Shown here: piece by piece, positions 34,415 through 44,319 of the stretch
How positions within the stretch are numbered: position 1 is the stretch's first letter
Layout: the number at the start of each line of letters is the position of its first letter
From: Parcubacteria group bacterium
Lineage (GTDB): Bacteria > Patescibacteriota > Minisyncoccia > Minisyncoccales > UBA10102
Assembly (NCBI GenBank): GCA_016203945.1
Contig: JACQLT010000001.1
Coordinates: 6,645 to 70,644, forward strand
Reading direction: 5' to 3'
Length of the DNA stretch: 64,000 bases
Position numbers and translations under genes: made by a program
The notes under the pieces: generated by a model
The model's input: the letters and a program-made list of their open reading frames with translations, nothing else
Told to the model about the DNA's origin: nothing
Databases searched by the model: none

Positions 34415-34879
34415 CTAAGCGAAATGAGCAAATGCTCTGTTGGCGTCTGCCATGCGATGCACGTCTTCCTTTTTCCTGAACGCCGTCCCCTCCTTCTTGG
34501 ACGCGAGTAAGATCTCTTCTGCGAGCTTCTGGGCCATGGGCTTTCCCTTCTGGGAACGGGCGGCTCCAAGAAGCCAACGCAATGCCAAACTGAACTTCCT
34601 GTTCCCCTTCACCTCAACCGGCACCTGGTAGGTTGCTCCTCCAATGCGGCGGGACCTCACCTCCACAAAAGGAGAAATATTCTCCATCGCGAGCTGAAAT
34701 ATTTCCAGGGGCTCTTTTTTGCTCTTCTCTTTGATCAAGGCAAAAGCTCCGTACACGATCTTTCTCGCAACGGATTTCTTTCCCCGTTCCATGACATGGT
34801 TGATAAGCTTTGAAACGATCACATCTTGGTATATGGGGTCTGGGTGGATGAGCCGGGGGGGTGTTTTTCTGCGAGCCAT
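34415..34879 (-). CDS. rpsG: 30S ribosomal protein S7
   Basis: MARRKTPPR...ANRAFAHFA. Confidence 0.95.
   Translation of the reverse strand: MARRKTPPRLIHPDPIYQDVIVSKLINHVMERGKKSVARKIVYGAFALIKEKSKKEPLEIFQLAMENISPFVEVRSRRIGGATYQVPVEVKGNRKFSLALRWLLGAARSQKGKPMAQKLAEEILLASKKEGTAFRKKEDVHRMADANRAFAHFA
34419..34434 (-). repeat. 16-nt direct repeat copy A (rpsG 3' end)
   Basis: gcgaaatgagcaaatg; pairs with inverted copy 34401-34413. Confidence 0.9.
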
Positions 34880-34913
34880 AAAGTATTAAATTCGAATTTT
34901 CGTCATCGGATTT

Positions 34914-35324
34914 TTACTTGGATTGTTTAGATCCATATTTCGAGCGCTCCTGCTTTCTTCCTTCAACTCCAGCGGCATCCAGCACGCCGCGCACAATGTG
35001 ATAGCGTACGCCAGGAAGGTCTTTTACCTTTCCTCCTCGAAGCAATACTACGGAGTGCTCCTGGAGGTTGTGACCTTCTCCGGGAATATAGGCCGTGACT
35101 TCCGTACCGTTGCTCAAACGCACCCTGGCTACTTTGCGCAAGGCCGAGTTGGGCTTCTTTGGAGTCGTGGTAAACACGCGCAAGCACACTCCGCGCTTAA
35201 ACGGGGCAGGAAACTCTACGGGCCGGTTTTGCAAAAGGTTAAACCCAAACATCAACGCGGGCGCCTTGGATTTCTTCTTGGCCCTTTGTCGCTCCTTTTT
35301 GATGAGTTGATGAATCGTCGGCAT
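34914..35324 (-). CDS. rpsL: 30S ribosomal protein S12
   Basis: Start [12 protein letters not shown]; [16 protein letters not shown] motif. Confidence 0.95.
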   Translation of the reverse strand: MPTIHQLIKKERQRAKKKSKAPALMFGFNLLQNRPVEFPAPFKRGVCLRVFTTTPKKPNSALRKVARVRLSNGTEVTAYIPGEGHNLQEHSVVLLRGGKVKDLPGVRYHIVRGVLDAAGVEGRKQERSKYGSKQSK

Positions 35325-35374
35325 AAACTCAACGGCTATCGTACCAAGAGACGGAGAATATGTCAATTCGCTTC

Positions 35375-35989
35375 TTACAGAGAAAACCCGACGATGAGGG
35401 AAAAAAGAATGCGCACGAGAGACACGAGCCAGTCAAAGAAGAAAAAGATGAATATGAGCAGCAGAAAGAATCCGTACTGTTGAAGGAATGCGCGCATGGA
35501 ACGCATAGAGTCCGGCAACACGGAAAACAGGAGATGGGAGCCGTCAAGCGGCGGAATGGGAAGGAAGTTGAACAACGCAAGGAGCAGGTTTACAGAAACA
35601 ATGGAAGCCAAGAAATACGGGACAGCCGAGGGCAGGGCCGCGAGAGGAAGAAAGCGGAGCAATAATCCGAATACAAGCGCTATCAGTAGATTTGAGGCGG
35701 GACCTGCAATACTTACCTTGGCATGCCCCCATTTCTGATCTCGCAAGCGCATGGGATTTACGGGAACCGGCTTTGCCCATCCAATGGCAAACCCTCCCCC
35801 GCTTACCAAAAGCAAGAGCAGAGGAAGGATAACAGAACCAAAGGGATCGAGGTGCGGGATGGGATTGAGAGTCAGCCTCCCCTCGTCCTTTGCCGTAGAG
35901 TCTCCCAGCGCGTTGGCGACAGCGCCGTGTGAAACCTCGTGCAGCACCACGGAAATCAAGAGCACCGCGATAAGAAATATAAAATCCAT
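35375..35989 (-). CDS. M50-family site-2 protease homologue (small, SpoIVFB-like)
   Basis: HEVSHG zinc motif in TM helix, [15 protein letters not shown]; start MDFIFLI. Confidence 0.75.
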   Translation of the reverse strand: MDFIFLIAVLLISVVLHEVSHGAVANALGDSTAKDEGRLTLNPIPHLDPFGSVILPLLLLLVSGGGFAIGWAKPVPVNPMRLRDQKWGHAKVSIAGPASNLLIALVFGLLLRFLPLAALPSAVPYFLASIVSVNLLLALFNFLPIPPLDGSHLLFSVLPDSMRSMRAFLQQYGFFLLLIFIFFFFDWLVSLVRILFSLIVGFSL

Positions 35990-35997
35990 ACCGTTCA

Positions 35998-36026
35998 AGT
36001 ATATCGCAAAACGATATATCAAGCAA
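35998..36026 (-). promoter_or_regulatory. M50 gene promoter, leaderless type
   Basis: TTGCTT-17-TATACT, 8 nt to ATG. Confidence 0.45.
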
Positions 36027-36044
36027 GGCTCGCTATAGCACGGC

Positions 36045-36073
36045 TTGCGAACCAAAACAATCCCTGATATAAT
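36045..36073 (+). promoter_or_regulatory. rpmB promoter, leaderless type
   Basis: TTGCGA-17-TATAAT with TGa extension, 7 nt to ATG. Confidence 0.5.
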
Positions 36074-36080
36074 CCTGCGT

Positions 36081-36287
36081 ATGACACGAACATGCGCCCT
36101 GTGCGGAAAAGGGATCAACAAAGCGTGGACGCTCGTAAAGCTCCGCGGAAAATACAACCCGAGCACTTCTCACAGACAGAAGCCGAATTTGCAATGGCTC
36201 CGCTTGCCTGTCTCGCAGCAAGGCGGACTTTCTGGAAAACGCATACGGGCCTGCACGAAGTGCATCAAGGCGCTGGGGAAACGATAA
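36081..36287 (+). CDS. rpmB: 50S ribosomal protein L28
   Basis: MTRTCALCGKG...PNLQ...; start 36081 not 36045. Confidence 0.8.
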   Translation: MTRTCALCGKGINKAWTLVKLRGKYNPSTSHRQKPNLQWLRLPVSQQGGLSGKRIRACTKCIKALGKR

Positions 36288-36302
36288 TTCTGGCATTTGT
36301 TG

Positions 36303-36332
36303 AAAAAAAGAAGCCCTGGCGTCAGCCGGGGC
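36303..36332 (-). terminator. terminator-like hairpin at end of tmk-like gene
   Basis: 8-bp GC stem (one A-C mismatch on minus strand) with the stop codon in the loop, then T7 run. Confidence 0.4.
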
Positions 36333-36927
36333 CTGTAGAACAGGGGTCAGAGCAGTTTCGTAGAGCCGGGAGAATCGCTTGCAGGCAAGCTTCCCTGACC
36401 CGAGCCGGAGACAACGTGGCATCCACACGAACCCAAGAGAAAATATTTGCAAGCTCCTGGTAGCCGCGCTCCACTCGACGAGCAAAGCTCGGATCGCCCA
36501 TCGTCGTCGCCTCCTTTCTTTCTCGTACCACACAAAGTGGAGCTTCAAAAAGAAGGGTGATGTCTGGCTGTCGCTTGATGTGCTGGCCGACCCAATCAAG
36601 GAGCTCGCGCGGTACGCCGTTGCCGTAAACATCAAAGGCGATAGTAGAACCCCAGAAACGGTCAGCGAAGATGATGTCGGCCTTGTCCAGCATCTCCTGC
36701 ATTGTGTCGTACTGCTGAATCCGAAGCACCCAGAAGAGAAGAATTCTTGCCGGATGACCGAGCGGATATGTCCGCGCGATCGCGCGGAGAGTGGGCGCGT
36801 GGCCGATGGTCTCAACATCAACCATCTCGACCTGAAGTCCGCAACTCCGCAATTCATCCTTCAGCATCCCAATGATGGTCGTCTTCCCGCATCCGGGAAG
36901 TCCCTCTACGCCAATTATCAAACTCAC
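36322..36927 (-). CDS. thymidylate kinase-like P-loop NTPase
   Basis: GVEGLPGCGKTT P-loop, DRFWGSTIAF (dTMP-kinase DRY..S..AY-like). Confidence 0.55.
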   Translation of the reverse strand: MSLIIGVEGLPGCGKTTIIGMLKDELRSCGLQVEMVDVETIGHAPTLRAIARTYPLGHPARILLFWVLRIQQYDTMQEMLDKADIIFADRFWGSTIAFDVYGNGVPRELLDWVGQHIKRQPDITLLFEAPLCVVRERKEATTMGDPSFARRVERGYQELANIFSWVRVDATLSPARVREACLQAILPALRNCSDPCSTGPG

Positions 36928-37066
36928 GAGCGTCGCCTCCCCTCAGATCGTATTGGCAAGGTACGGTACGCAGAAGTATACCAGCAGATCTCAGAAAATC
37001 AATCCTTTCATTTCCCTCCTCTTTCAGGTACACTCAACTCGGATGATTCAAAATTAGCACAGAACG

Positions 37067-37140
37067 CGGGGCGTAGTATAATGGTAGTACGCGAGGCTGG
37101 GGGTCTTGCAGCTCGGGTTCGATTCCCGACGCCCCGACCA
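37067..37140 (+). tRNA. tRNA-Pro (anticodon GGG), CCA encoded
   Basis: Hand-folded cloverleaf: acceptor CGGGGCG/CGCCCCG with C1-G72 and A73 (Pro identity), D stem GTAT/GTAC, anticodon arm CGAGG-CTGGGGG-TCTTG with G37, T arm TCGGG-TTCGATT-CCCGA. Confidence 0.85.
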
Positions 37141-37147
37141 AAAACAC

Positions 37148-37774
37148 ATGGATCAAGAACAACCAAGTAAATACGAACAAAAGAAACTCAGGCGCGAAGA
37201 GAAGGAAAAACAAAGAATGCGAGGGCGCGCAAAGCGACGGTGGGGAACATGGCTTATGCTTCTACTTGGAACCGCAGTTATCGCTACGGGAATATTTTTC
37301 TTGATCAACAACAAAGGCAAAAGAGACAATGTGCCAGATCTCTCCCGGGCAATGCCAGATGAAGGCAGTATCCACGTGCCAGAAGGTACGGATGTAACAT
37401 ATCAATCCAATCCTCCAACTTCGGGAAATCATTGGCCCATTCCCCTGTTCCCTAAACTGTATGACGTGGAAAAACCAGATGAAGCAATCATACATAGTTT
37501 GGAGCACGGACGCGTCTGGATTTCCTACAAGCCTTCTATCCCGGAAGAAACAAAACAGGGGCTTACAAAACTCCTTCGAGGACGCTCAGGTGTTATTCTT
37601 ACGCCGCGGCTAGCGAACGATACCGATATTGCCATGGCCGCTTGGGGACGACTGGATACGTTTAATCTTTTTGCGGACGGCGAACTTTCAAGAGACCGAA
37701 TCCTAAACTTTGTGAACCGCTACCTCAACAAGGGCCCCGAATACGTTCCCACGATGGACGGGAAAGAATACTAG
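37148..37774 (+). CDS. DUF3105-domain membrane-anchored protein
   Basis: Lys/Arg-rich N-terminus, TM helix, NPPTSGNH and HSLEHGRVWISY motifs; ATG 8 nt after tRNA CCA. Confidence 0.65.
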   Translation: MDQEQPSKYEQKKLRREEKEKQRMRGRAKRRWGTWLMLLLGTAVIATGIFFLINNKGKRDNVPDLSRAMPDEGSIHVPEGTDVTYQSNPPTSGNHWPIPLFPKLYDVEKPDEAIIHSLEHGRVWISYKPSIPEETKQGLTKLLRGRSGVILTPRLANDTDIAMAAWGRLDTFNLFADGELSRDRILNFVNRYLNKGPEYVPTMDGKEY

Positions 37775-38343
37775 CGCGAACGAGGGACTTTACCAGCAAG
37801 CACCTCGTTTTTTATTTTCTTCCACCACGACTTGTTGTATTTTTTAAGCGAAGCAAGCTCCTTTTTGTAGATCGGCTTGAAGAACTGGTTACCTCCTTTC
37901 ACCTCCTCTGAGCATTTTGCGATCAACGAAAGCCGGTCTGCCAGCTTGACCACCTGGGCCTCAATCACCTTCTGCTCCCCTTCTTCGTTCCATAACGAGA
38001 CAAAGTGGTTAGCGAGTTGGTTGGGAAGCCCGGCAAACACTTTCTTGATCAAACGCTCATTCACCTTGCGGATGGCGCCCATCACGTCGGGAGAATAGTG
38101 CTTGAAGGGTCCCAGGATGTCTCCTGAAAACATTTCTTCCATGTCGTGGACGAGCGCCATCATGACCGCTTTTTCAGAATTAATCTTTACTTTCTTTCTC
38201 TTGAGCAGCTGACAAAACACCGCTGTTGTATACGCGACAAAAAAAGAGTGTTCTGCCACACTCTCCGGAAAATTCTGAGCATACGCGCTGAAACGCACGA
38301 TGTGTGCAAGCGACCTCTTCTGTAGGTGGGTGAACATATTCAT
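37771..38343 (-). CDS. HD-domain phosphohydrolase (YfbR-like 5'-nucleotidase family)
   Basis: ESVAEHS ... ALVHDMEE ... D motifs of HD superfamily. Confidence 0.7.
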   Translation of the reverse strand: MNMFTHLQKRSLAHIVRFSAYAQNFPESVAEHSFFVAYTTAVFCQLLKRKKVKINSEKAVMMALVHDMEEMFSGDILGPFKHYSPDVMGAIRKVNERLIKKVFAGLPNQLANHFVSLWNEEGEQKVIEAQVVKLADRLSLIAKCSEEVKGGNQFFKPIYKKELASLKKYNKSWWKKIKNEVLAGKVPRSR

Positions 38344-38354
38344 AAGAAGGGTTC

Positions 38355-38391
38355 ATAAAATACCCGCGAGAGCCAAGCAGTTGGCTCTCGC
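38355..38391 (-). terminator. strong hairpin ending candidate sRNA, 22 nt before HD gene ATG
   Basis: gcgagagccaa-ctgc-ttggctctcgc (11 bp) then gggtatttta. Confidence 0.5.
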
Positions 38392-38528
38392 CCCCATCTT
38401 CTTCCTATCGAGATTTATTCCAAAGTATCCAGGTGGGTGCCTCAGCCTCCGCCCAAGGGCGAAGAACATATCCGGCTCCCGAAAGAAATGTTTGTAGAAA
38501 AATCACGACAGAGGAAGCAGACAGGGCT
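38355..38528 (-). ncRNA. candidate rod-shaped small RNA or cis-leader (unclassified)
   Basis: Own TTGACC-16-TACAAT promoter, 5' arm 38500-38526 largely complementary to 3' arm 38393-38416, then 11-bp terminator hairpin. Confidence 0.35.
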
Positions 38529-38534
38529 ACTTCC

Positions 38535-38562
38535 ATTGTAGAACGCCCAATGCCTCGGTCAA
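38535..38562 (-). promoter_or_regulatory. promoter of candidate sRNA/leader
   Basis: TTGACC-16-TACAAT starting 5 nt after ndk stop. Confidence 0.5.
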
Positions 38563-38566
38563 GACC

Positions 38567-39154
38567 TCAGAACATCATGTCCTCCTCTGCCCTTTTGTAG
38601 TCGTGTATCTCTTCTGGAGCAAACCAAAACGTAATCTCGTGTTCTGCTTCCTCGGGAGTTTCTGAGGCGTGTAGGATATTGTGGATGGCACGCTTATCCC
38701 TGTTGGCAGCGGTTGCGTCATCCACGGAGAAGTCCCCTCTAATGGTGCCCATCTCAGCTACTGCCGGCATCGTATTCCCTGCGATCTTTCTCATCATATC
38801 CACCGCATGAATGCCCTTGACTACCATTTTTACCAAAGGGCTTGAAGTCATATAGTCAATGAGCCAGGATCGCACCATAATTCCAATTTCTTCTGGTTTA
38901 TCCGTGCCCAGTTCCTGGCTGGCATCCCATCCGTACTTCTTATAGTTTGCAAGAGTTTTCTCTCCAAGGCGCTTAATCCAGGAAGAATCTTTTGGATAGT
39001 GATCGTCAATTTGCGCTTTTGTCGCGGTAAACATCTCCAAAGCAATAATCTTTAATCCCCTTCTTTCCAGACGAGAAATAATCTCGCCGATGAGTCCGCG
39101 CTTTACTCCGTCTGGTTTAACAATGACAACGGTCCTTTCTTCTTTTGGATGCAT
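38567..39154 (-). CDS. ndk: nucleoside diphosphate kinase (long form, 195 aa)
   Basis: VIVKPDGVKRGLIGEIISR..., NILHASE (catalytic His) context. Confidence 0.85.
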   Translation of the reverse strand: MHPKEERTVVIVKPDGVKRGLIGEIISRLERRGLKIIALEMFTATKAQIDDHYPKDSSWIKRLGEKTLANYKKYGWDASQELGTDKPEEIGIMVRSWLIDYMTSSPLVKMVVKGIHAVDMMRKIAGNTMPAVAEMGTIRGDFSVDDATAANRDKRAIHNILHASETPEEAEHEITFWFAPEEIHDYKRAEEDMMF

Positions 39155-39160
39155 ATACGG

Positions 39161-40018
39161 CTATCGTAAATAAAATCTAATATCTCCTTCTTGATCTGTT
39201 CTCCTTATCTGTATACCATATTGTTCCAACTTCGCAAGGGTTTCTTGGTGAGGATGGCCGTATGTATTTTCTTTACCGCTTGAGATAATGGCAACGCTGG
39301 GACCCACCGCCTGCAAAAATCCGGAAGCGCTGGAATTTTTGCTCCCGTGATGGGCAACCTTAAGAATATCTGAAGCAAGCTGCGCGCCGATCTTTACCAG
39401 ATCCATCTCTACTGATGCCGGAATATCTGCAGTGAGAAGTATGGAATGCTTGGGCAAAACCAAGCGCGCCACAATGCCGCTTTCGTTGCTCATATCCATC
39501 ATCCTTCCCGCATAGTCTTGTACGGGAGACAGGATGTCCAGATGCTGAGATTGATTCTGTGTCCAGGAAATCCGCTGTGGCGCCCGGGCAAGCACTACGT
39601 TGTGCTCTGCAAGTTCCAGCTCCCAGGCCGCATATTCTGCGGTTTTTCGCCGTACTCCTGTCCAGTACACGGTATCTGCCTGAAACCGCTGAAGTATGCC
39701 AATAAGTCCAAAGATATGATCTTTGTCCGGATGGGACAAAATCACAAGATCAATGCGTTTTTCCCATGGAAGAAGCATCCTCCCTACCTTCTCTTGCACT
39801 TGAGTATCCGGACCCCCGTCTATGAGCACGGTATGGCCCCAGGGACTCCTCATGAATATGGAATCGCCCTGCTTAACGTCAAAAAATGCGATAAGAAAAG
39901 AAGGGCCCTGCCAGATATCCCGCCACACAATGAGATTTCCTATAGAGAGAGCGAATAAAAAGAAACACACCAGTATCGTCTGTAAACTCCGATACTGATG
40001 TGTATCCATGAGAGACAC
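39161..40018 (-). CDS. ComEC/Rec2-related metallo-beta-lactamase domain protein (MBL domain only)
   Basis: TM helix, ILSHPDKDH metal motif, VAHHGS; GTG 40018 or ATG 40009. Confidence 0.7.
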   Translation of the reverse strand: MSLMDTHQYRSLQTILVCFFLFALSIGNLIVWRDIWQGPSFLIAFFDVKQGDSIFMRSPWGHTVLIDGGPDTQVQEKVGRMLLPWEKRIDLVILSHPDKDHIFGLIGILQRFQADTVYWTGVRRKTAEYAAWELELAEHNVVLARAPQRISWTQNQSQHLDILSPVQDYAGRMMDMSNESGIVARLVLPKHSILLTADIPASVEMDLVKIGAQLASDILKVAHHGSKNSSASGFLQAVGPSVAIISSGKENTYGHPHQETLAKLEQYGIQIRRTDQEGDIRFYLR

Positions 40019-40180
40019 CTATTTCTTCCCCATGATGCGGAACATCTTGGTGCCGCACTTCGGGCAGGTCCCGGTCATAGCCCGTCTGGTCACTCCTCCC
40101 TTGCCTGCCATGGAAACCTCCTTCTCGTTAGACATCGTCCTCTTTGCCTTGCACTTAACACAGTATCCTTCTGTTGCCAT
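40019..40180 (-). CDS. DUF5679-type small zinc-ribbon protein
   Basis: Hand translation MATEGYCVKCKAKRTMSNEKEVSMAGKGGVTRRAMTGTCPKCGTKMFRIMGKK (53 aa, below ORF-track cutoff). Confidence 0.7.
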   Translation of the reverse strand: MATEGYCVKCKAKRTMSNEKEVSMAGKGGVTRRAMTGTCPKCGTKMFRIMGKK

Positions 40181-40288
40181 ATGGTTCGTATGAAAATGGA
40201 TTGCTTACGCGACCTTTGCCGCCTTTCTGCAAATGGATGAGCAGATTACTATAGCCTAAACGCCCCTTTTGAAGCTGTCAAGCGTGGA

Positions 40289-40981
40289 TTACTGCGCAAG
40301 CGCAGCATCAATGACAGCCTTCAGGGTCTCGTACGGCACGGCTCCCGATACTGGAACGCCGTTCACAAAAGATCCTGGAGTACCGTTCACTCCCAAAGAA
40401 ATCCCATACTGGTAATCCTCTTCCACGTGATCTGCGTATGTTCCGCTATTCAAGCACGCTTCAAATGCGGCCCTGTTCAAACCGATCTCTTGCGCAATTT
40501 GAGGAAGAAGCGCGAGATCCAATCCATTGTTTGAAGGAGTGATTTCGAAGACGCGATCCACGTATTTCCAAAACATATCGTTCCCGCCCAATTCTCCGGC
40601 GCATTCTGCAGCTTCCGCCTCTTTATCTGCCTTGGGGTGAAGCTGGTCAAGAGGAAAATGCTTGTAGACCCAGCGTACATTTTCTCCATATTCTGCAAGC
40701 GCTCGATTTACCGTGGGATGAAAACTCTTGCAGAACGGGCACTCAAGATCAGAAAACTCCACAATCGTAACGGGAGCCGCTATATTTCCACGGACGTGAT
40801 CCTGCTCTGACACCTGCACTTCTGCGGGAACTCCGGCTTGCGGAGCATTGTTCGAACCCAGCTGGGAAAGAGGGCTGGAACTTCCCTCGCGAATAACGGG
40901 GCCGTAAATAATGGCTCCTGCCACGAGAATGCCTACGACTACGATGGCTCCCGGAACAAAGAAATCTTTATATCGCTCCAT
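40289..40981 (-). CDS. DsbA-family thiol:disulfide oxidoreductase, membrane anchored
   Basis: N-terminal TM helix, CPFC active site, thioredoxin fold. Confidence 0.8.
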   Translation of the reverse strand: MERYKDFFVPGAIVVVGILVAGAIIYGPVIREGSSSPLSQLGSNNAPQAGVPAEVQVSEQDHVRGNIAAPVTIVEFSDLECPFCKSFHPTVNRALAEYGENVRWVYKHFPLDQLHPKADKEAEAAECAGELGGNDMFWKYVDRVFEITPSNNGLDLALLPQIAQEIGLNRAAFEACLNSGTYADHVEEDYQYGISLGVNGTPGSFVNGVPVSGAVPYETLKAVIDAALAQ

Positions 40982-41011
40982 GATGGTAGTACTTTAGTGT
41001 ATATTAGTTTT

Positions 41012-41935
41012 TTATGTCTTCGACTGGTTTTTATATTCGTAAGCAGAGGTGGCCGCTACCGCCCCCATGGCAGCGGCAGTAATGTCCTGCTTAAAACTTC
41101 CGAAATGGTTCGTTGCGTCTCCTGCCGCAAACACTCTAGAAACATTCGTTCTCATCTTATTATCCACTATAATATAGTTTTTTTCATCAAGCTTCAACCC
41201 CAGCTGCTTTGGAAGCGAAGTATCGGGATCAAATCCAATCTCAATAAATAGTCCATCTACCTTCAAATCAGACGACCCTTGATAGGACTTTGAAAGAACG
41301 AGTTTTTCGAGCATCTTGTCGCCCACGATCGTAGTAACCTCGGTTTCTGTAAGCACCTCAACCTTGTCTCCGAGTTTCTTCATCTGGTCCAGGTTTATCG
41401 GCTCAGCTAAAATTTCTTTGCCTTTGGCGATCAGATAGATTTTTTGGGCGTACTCTCCCAAAAAGTTTACCCCTTTCACCGAAGAATCTCCTCCTCCCAC
41501 CATGGCGACCGTCTTTCCTCCATACAGGGGGCCGTCGCACGTCCAGCAATAGTGCACCCCTTTTCCCGTAAGTTCTTTTTCATTGGGAAGATTCAAATGG
41601 CGCCTTCGAGAACCAAAAGCAAGGATAACGGTTTTTCCTTCAAATGTTTCTTCTTTGGTAGAGAGCTTGAAAGCTGACCCCTCTTTTTGGATACTGTCCA
41701 CTCTTCCATCCGCAAGCTTCACTCCCAACGAAAGAGCCTGATCTTTCATTGTCTTCATAAAATCATACCCGTCAATGGAAGCAATGGCGGGATAATTTTC
41801 TATCGTTCCTGCCGTTGCGGTCTCTCCTCCAAACTCTCCTGCAATGACAAGCGTAGTCATCTTATACCTTCCTGCATACAAAGCCGCTGCCAAGCCGGCA
41901 GCTCCAGATCCTATAATAATGAGGTCGTATATCAT
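41012..41935 (-). CDS. trxB: thioredoxin-disulfide reductase
   Basis: GSGAAGLAAA FAD motif, redox CWTCDG, GGGDSS NADPH motif. Confidence 0.88.
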   Translation of the reverse strand: MIYDLIIIGSGAAGLAAALYAGRYKMTTLVIAGEFGGETATAGTIENYPAIASIDGYDFMKTMKDQALSLGVKLADGRVDSIQKEGSAFKLSTKEETFEGKTVILAFGSRRRHLNLPNEKELTGKGVHYCWTCDGPLYGGKTVAMVGGGDSSVKGVNFLGEYAQKIYLIAKGKEILAEPINLDQMKKLGDKVEVLTETEVTTIVGDKMLEKLVLSKSYQGSSDLKVDGLFIEIGFDPDTSLPKQLGLKLDEKNYIIVDNKMRTNVSRVFAAGDATNHFGSFKQDITAAAMGAVAATSAYEYKNQSKT

Positions 41936-41942
41936 ACGTATT

Positions 41943-41948
41943 ATTATA
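41943..41948 (-). promoter_or_regulatory. trxB -10 box, leaderless type
   Basis: TATAAT, 7 nt to ATG. Confidence 0.4.
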
Positions 41949-41975
41949 TTCTACTACGACGTCCTCAAAAGAGAA

Positions 41976-42212
41976 TTAGGAAACTTTGAGGAGTTCGGAG
42001 AGTTTCCGCTTATCAAATCCAATGACAATAGAGCCGTCAACATCAATGACCGGCACCCCGAGCTGGCCGGACTTCTTGATCATATCCTCTCTGGCGCGCA
42101 TATCGCCCACAACATCCAGTTCCTTATACGAAACGTTGTGCTCCTTAAAGAACTCTTTAGCCGACTTGCAGTAGACACAGGAAGGCGTGGTGTAAATGGT
42201 TATGTTTGGCAT
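41976..42212 (-). CDS. glutaredoxin-like/NrdH-like small redoxin
   Basis: 78 aa, ITIYTTPSCVYCK active site. Confidence 0.75.
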   Translation of the reverse strand: MPNITIYTTPSCVYCKSAKEFFKEHNVSYKELDVVGDMRAREDMIKKSGQLGVPVIDVDGSIVIGFDKRKLSELLKVS

Positions 42213-42221
42213 AACATATTT

Positions 42222-42250
42222 ATGATAATCGTATGCGCATATGCTGTCAA
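42222..42250 (-). promoter_or_regulatory. glutaredoxin-like gene promoter, leaderless type
   Basis: TTGACA-17-TATCAT, 9 nt to ATG. Confidence 0.55.
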
Positions 42251-42278
42251 CACGGAAACATTGTCTCGCAGTTTTATT

Positions 42279-42671
42279 TTAAAACGAGATCACCTTTCCT
42301 GAAAGGGGAATAAAGTATTTCTCTATCGCCTGAGGAAAAGACTTCATCAGTAGTGTCTCCGCCTTATCAAGCTCCGCTCGTTGCGCCGCCCGCTCTTCTT
42401 CGGGGCTTGAAAATGCCCTACTTCCTCCGTATGCTCCACAATCCTCGTGCTGGATAAGGAGAATGGTTTTGGGGCTGTGGAGCCGTGAAGAAATTTGAAG
42501 CTGTTTGAGCAGGAAGTCGCGTTCTACACCCTCGCTGTTCAATGCCTGGACGGATCCCGCAACCGAAATCAGGTCGTATCCTTCGAAGAATCGAGGCGCG
42601 AGATACGCGGTGAGCGCCTTTCTGAGCCGAAAATCAATACAATGAATGACAAGAGCTTCGCACCGGTGCAT
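42279..42671 (-). CDS. minimal beta-carbonic-anhydrase-like protein
   Basis: HCIDFR (CxDxR) and HEDCGAYGG (HxxCG) motifs; only 130 aa. Confidence 0.4.
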   Translation of the reverse strand: MHRCEALVIHCIDFRLRKALTAYLAPRFFEGYDLISVAGSVQALNSEGVERDFLLKQLQISSRLHSPKTILLIQHEDCGAYGGSRAFSSPEEERAAQRAELDKAETLLMKSFPQAIEKYFIPLSGKVISF

Positions 42672-42676
42672 GTAAA

Positions 42677-44319
<1,643 letters not shown>

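Larger units (their letters stand above)
34298..34434 (-). promoter_or_regulatory. structured rpsG-fusA intercistronic region (candidate translational switch)
   Basis: 13-bp hairpin around rpsG stop, 8-bp hairpin gggaggat/atcctccc 34367-34387, AAGGAG about 33 nt upstream of fusA ATG, alternative pairing partner A'. Confidence 0.4.

Noticed and set aside
36033-36857. 274-aa minus-strand ORF overlapping rpmB (antisense) and the tmk-like gene (other frame)
   Set aside because: It has no recognisable motifs. The P-loop kinase frame and L28 explain the region.
38441-38530. SRP (4.5S) RNA, suggested by a GGAAGCAG string on the plus strand
   Set aside because: The string is at the base and not next to a GNRA apical loop, no matching 5' CAGG/UCC partner is present, and it is on the wrong strand for the promoter/terminator. 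I kept only a generic candidate sRNA call.
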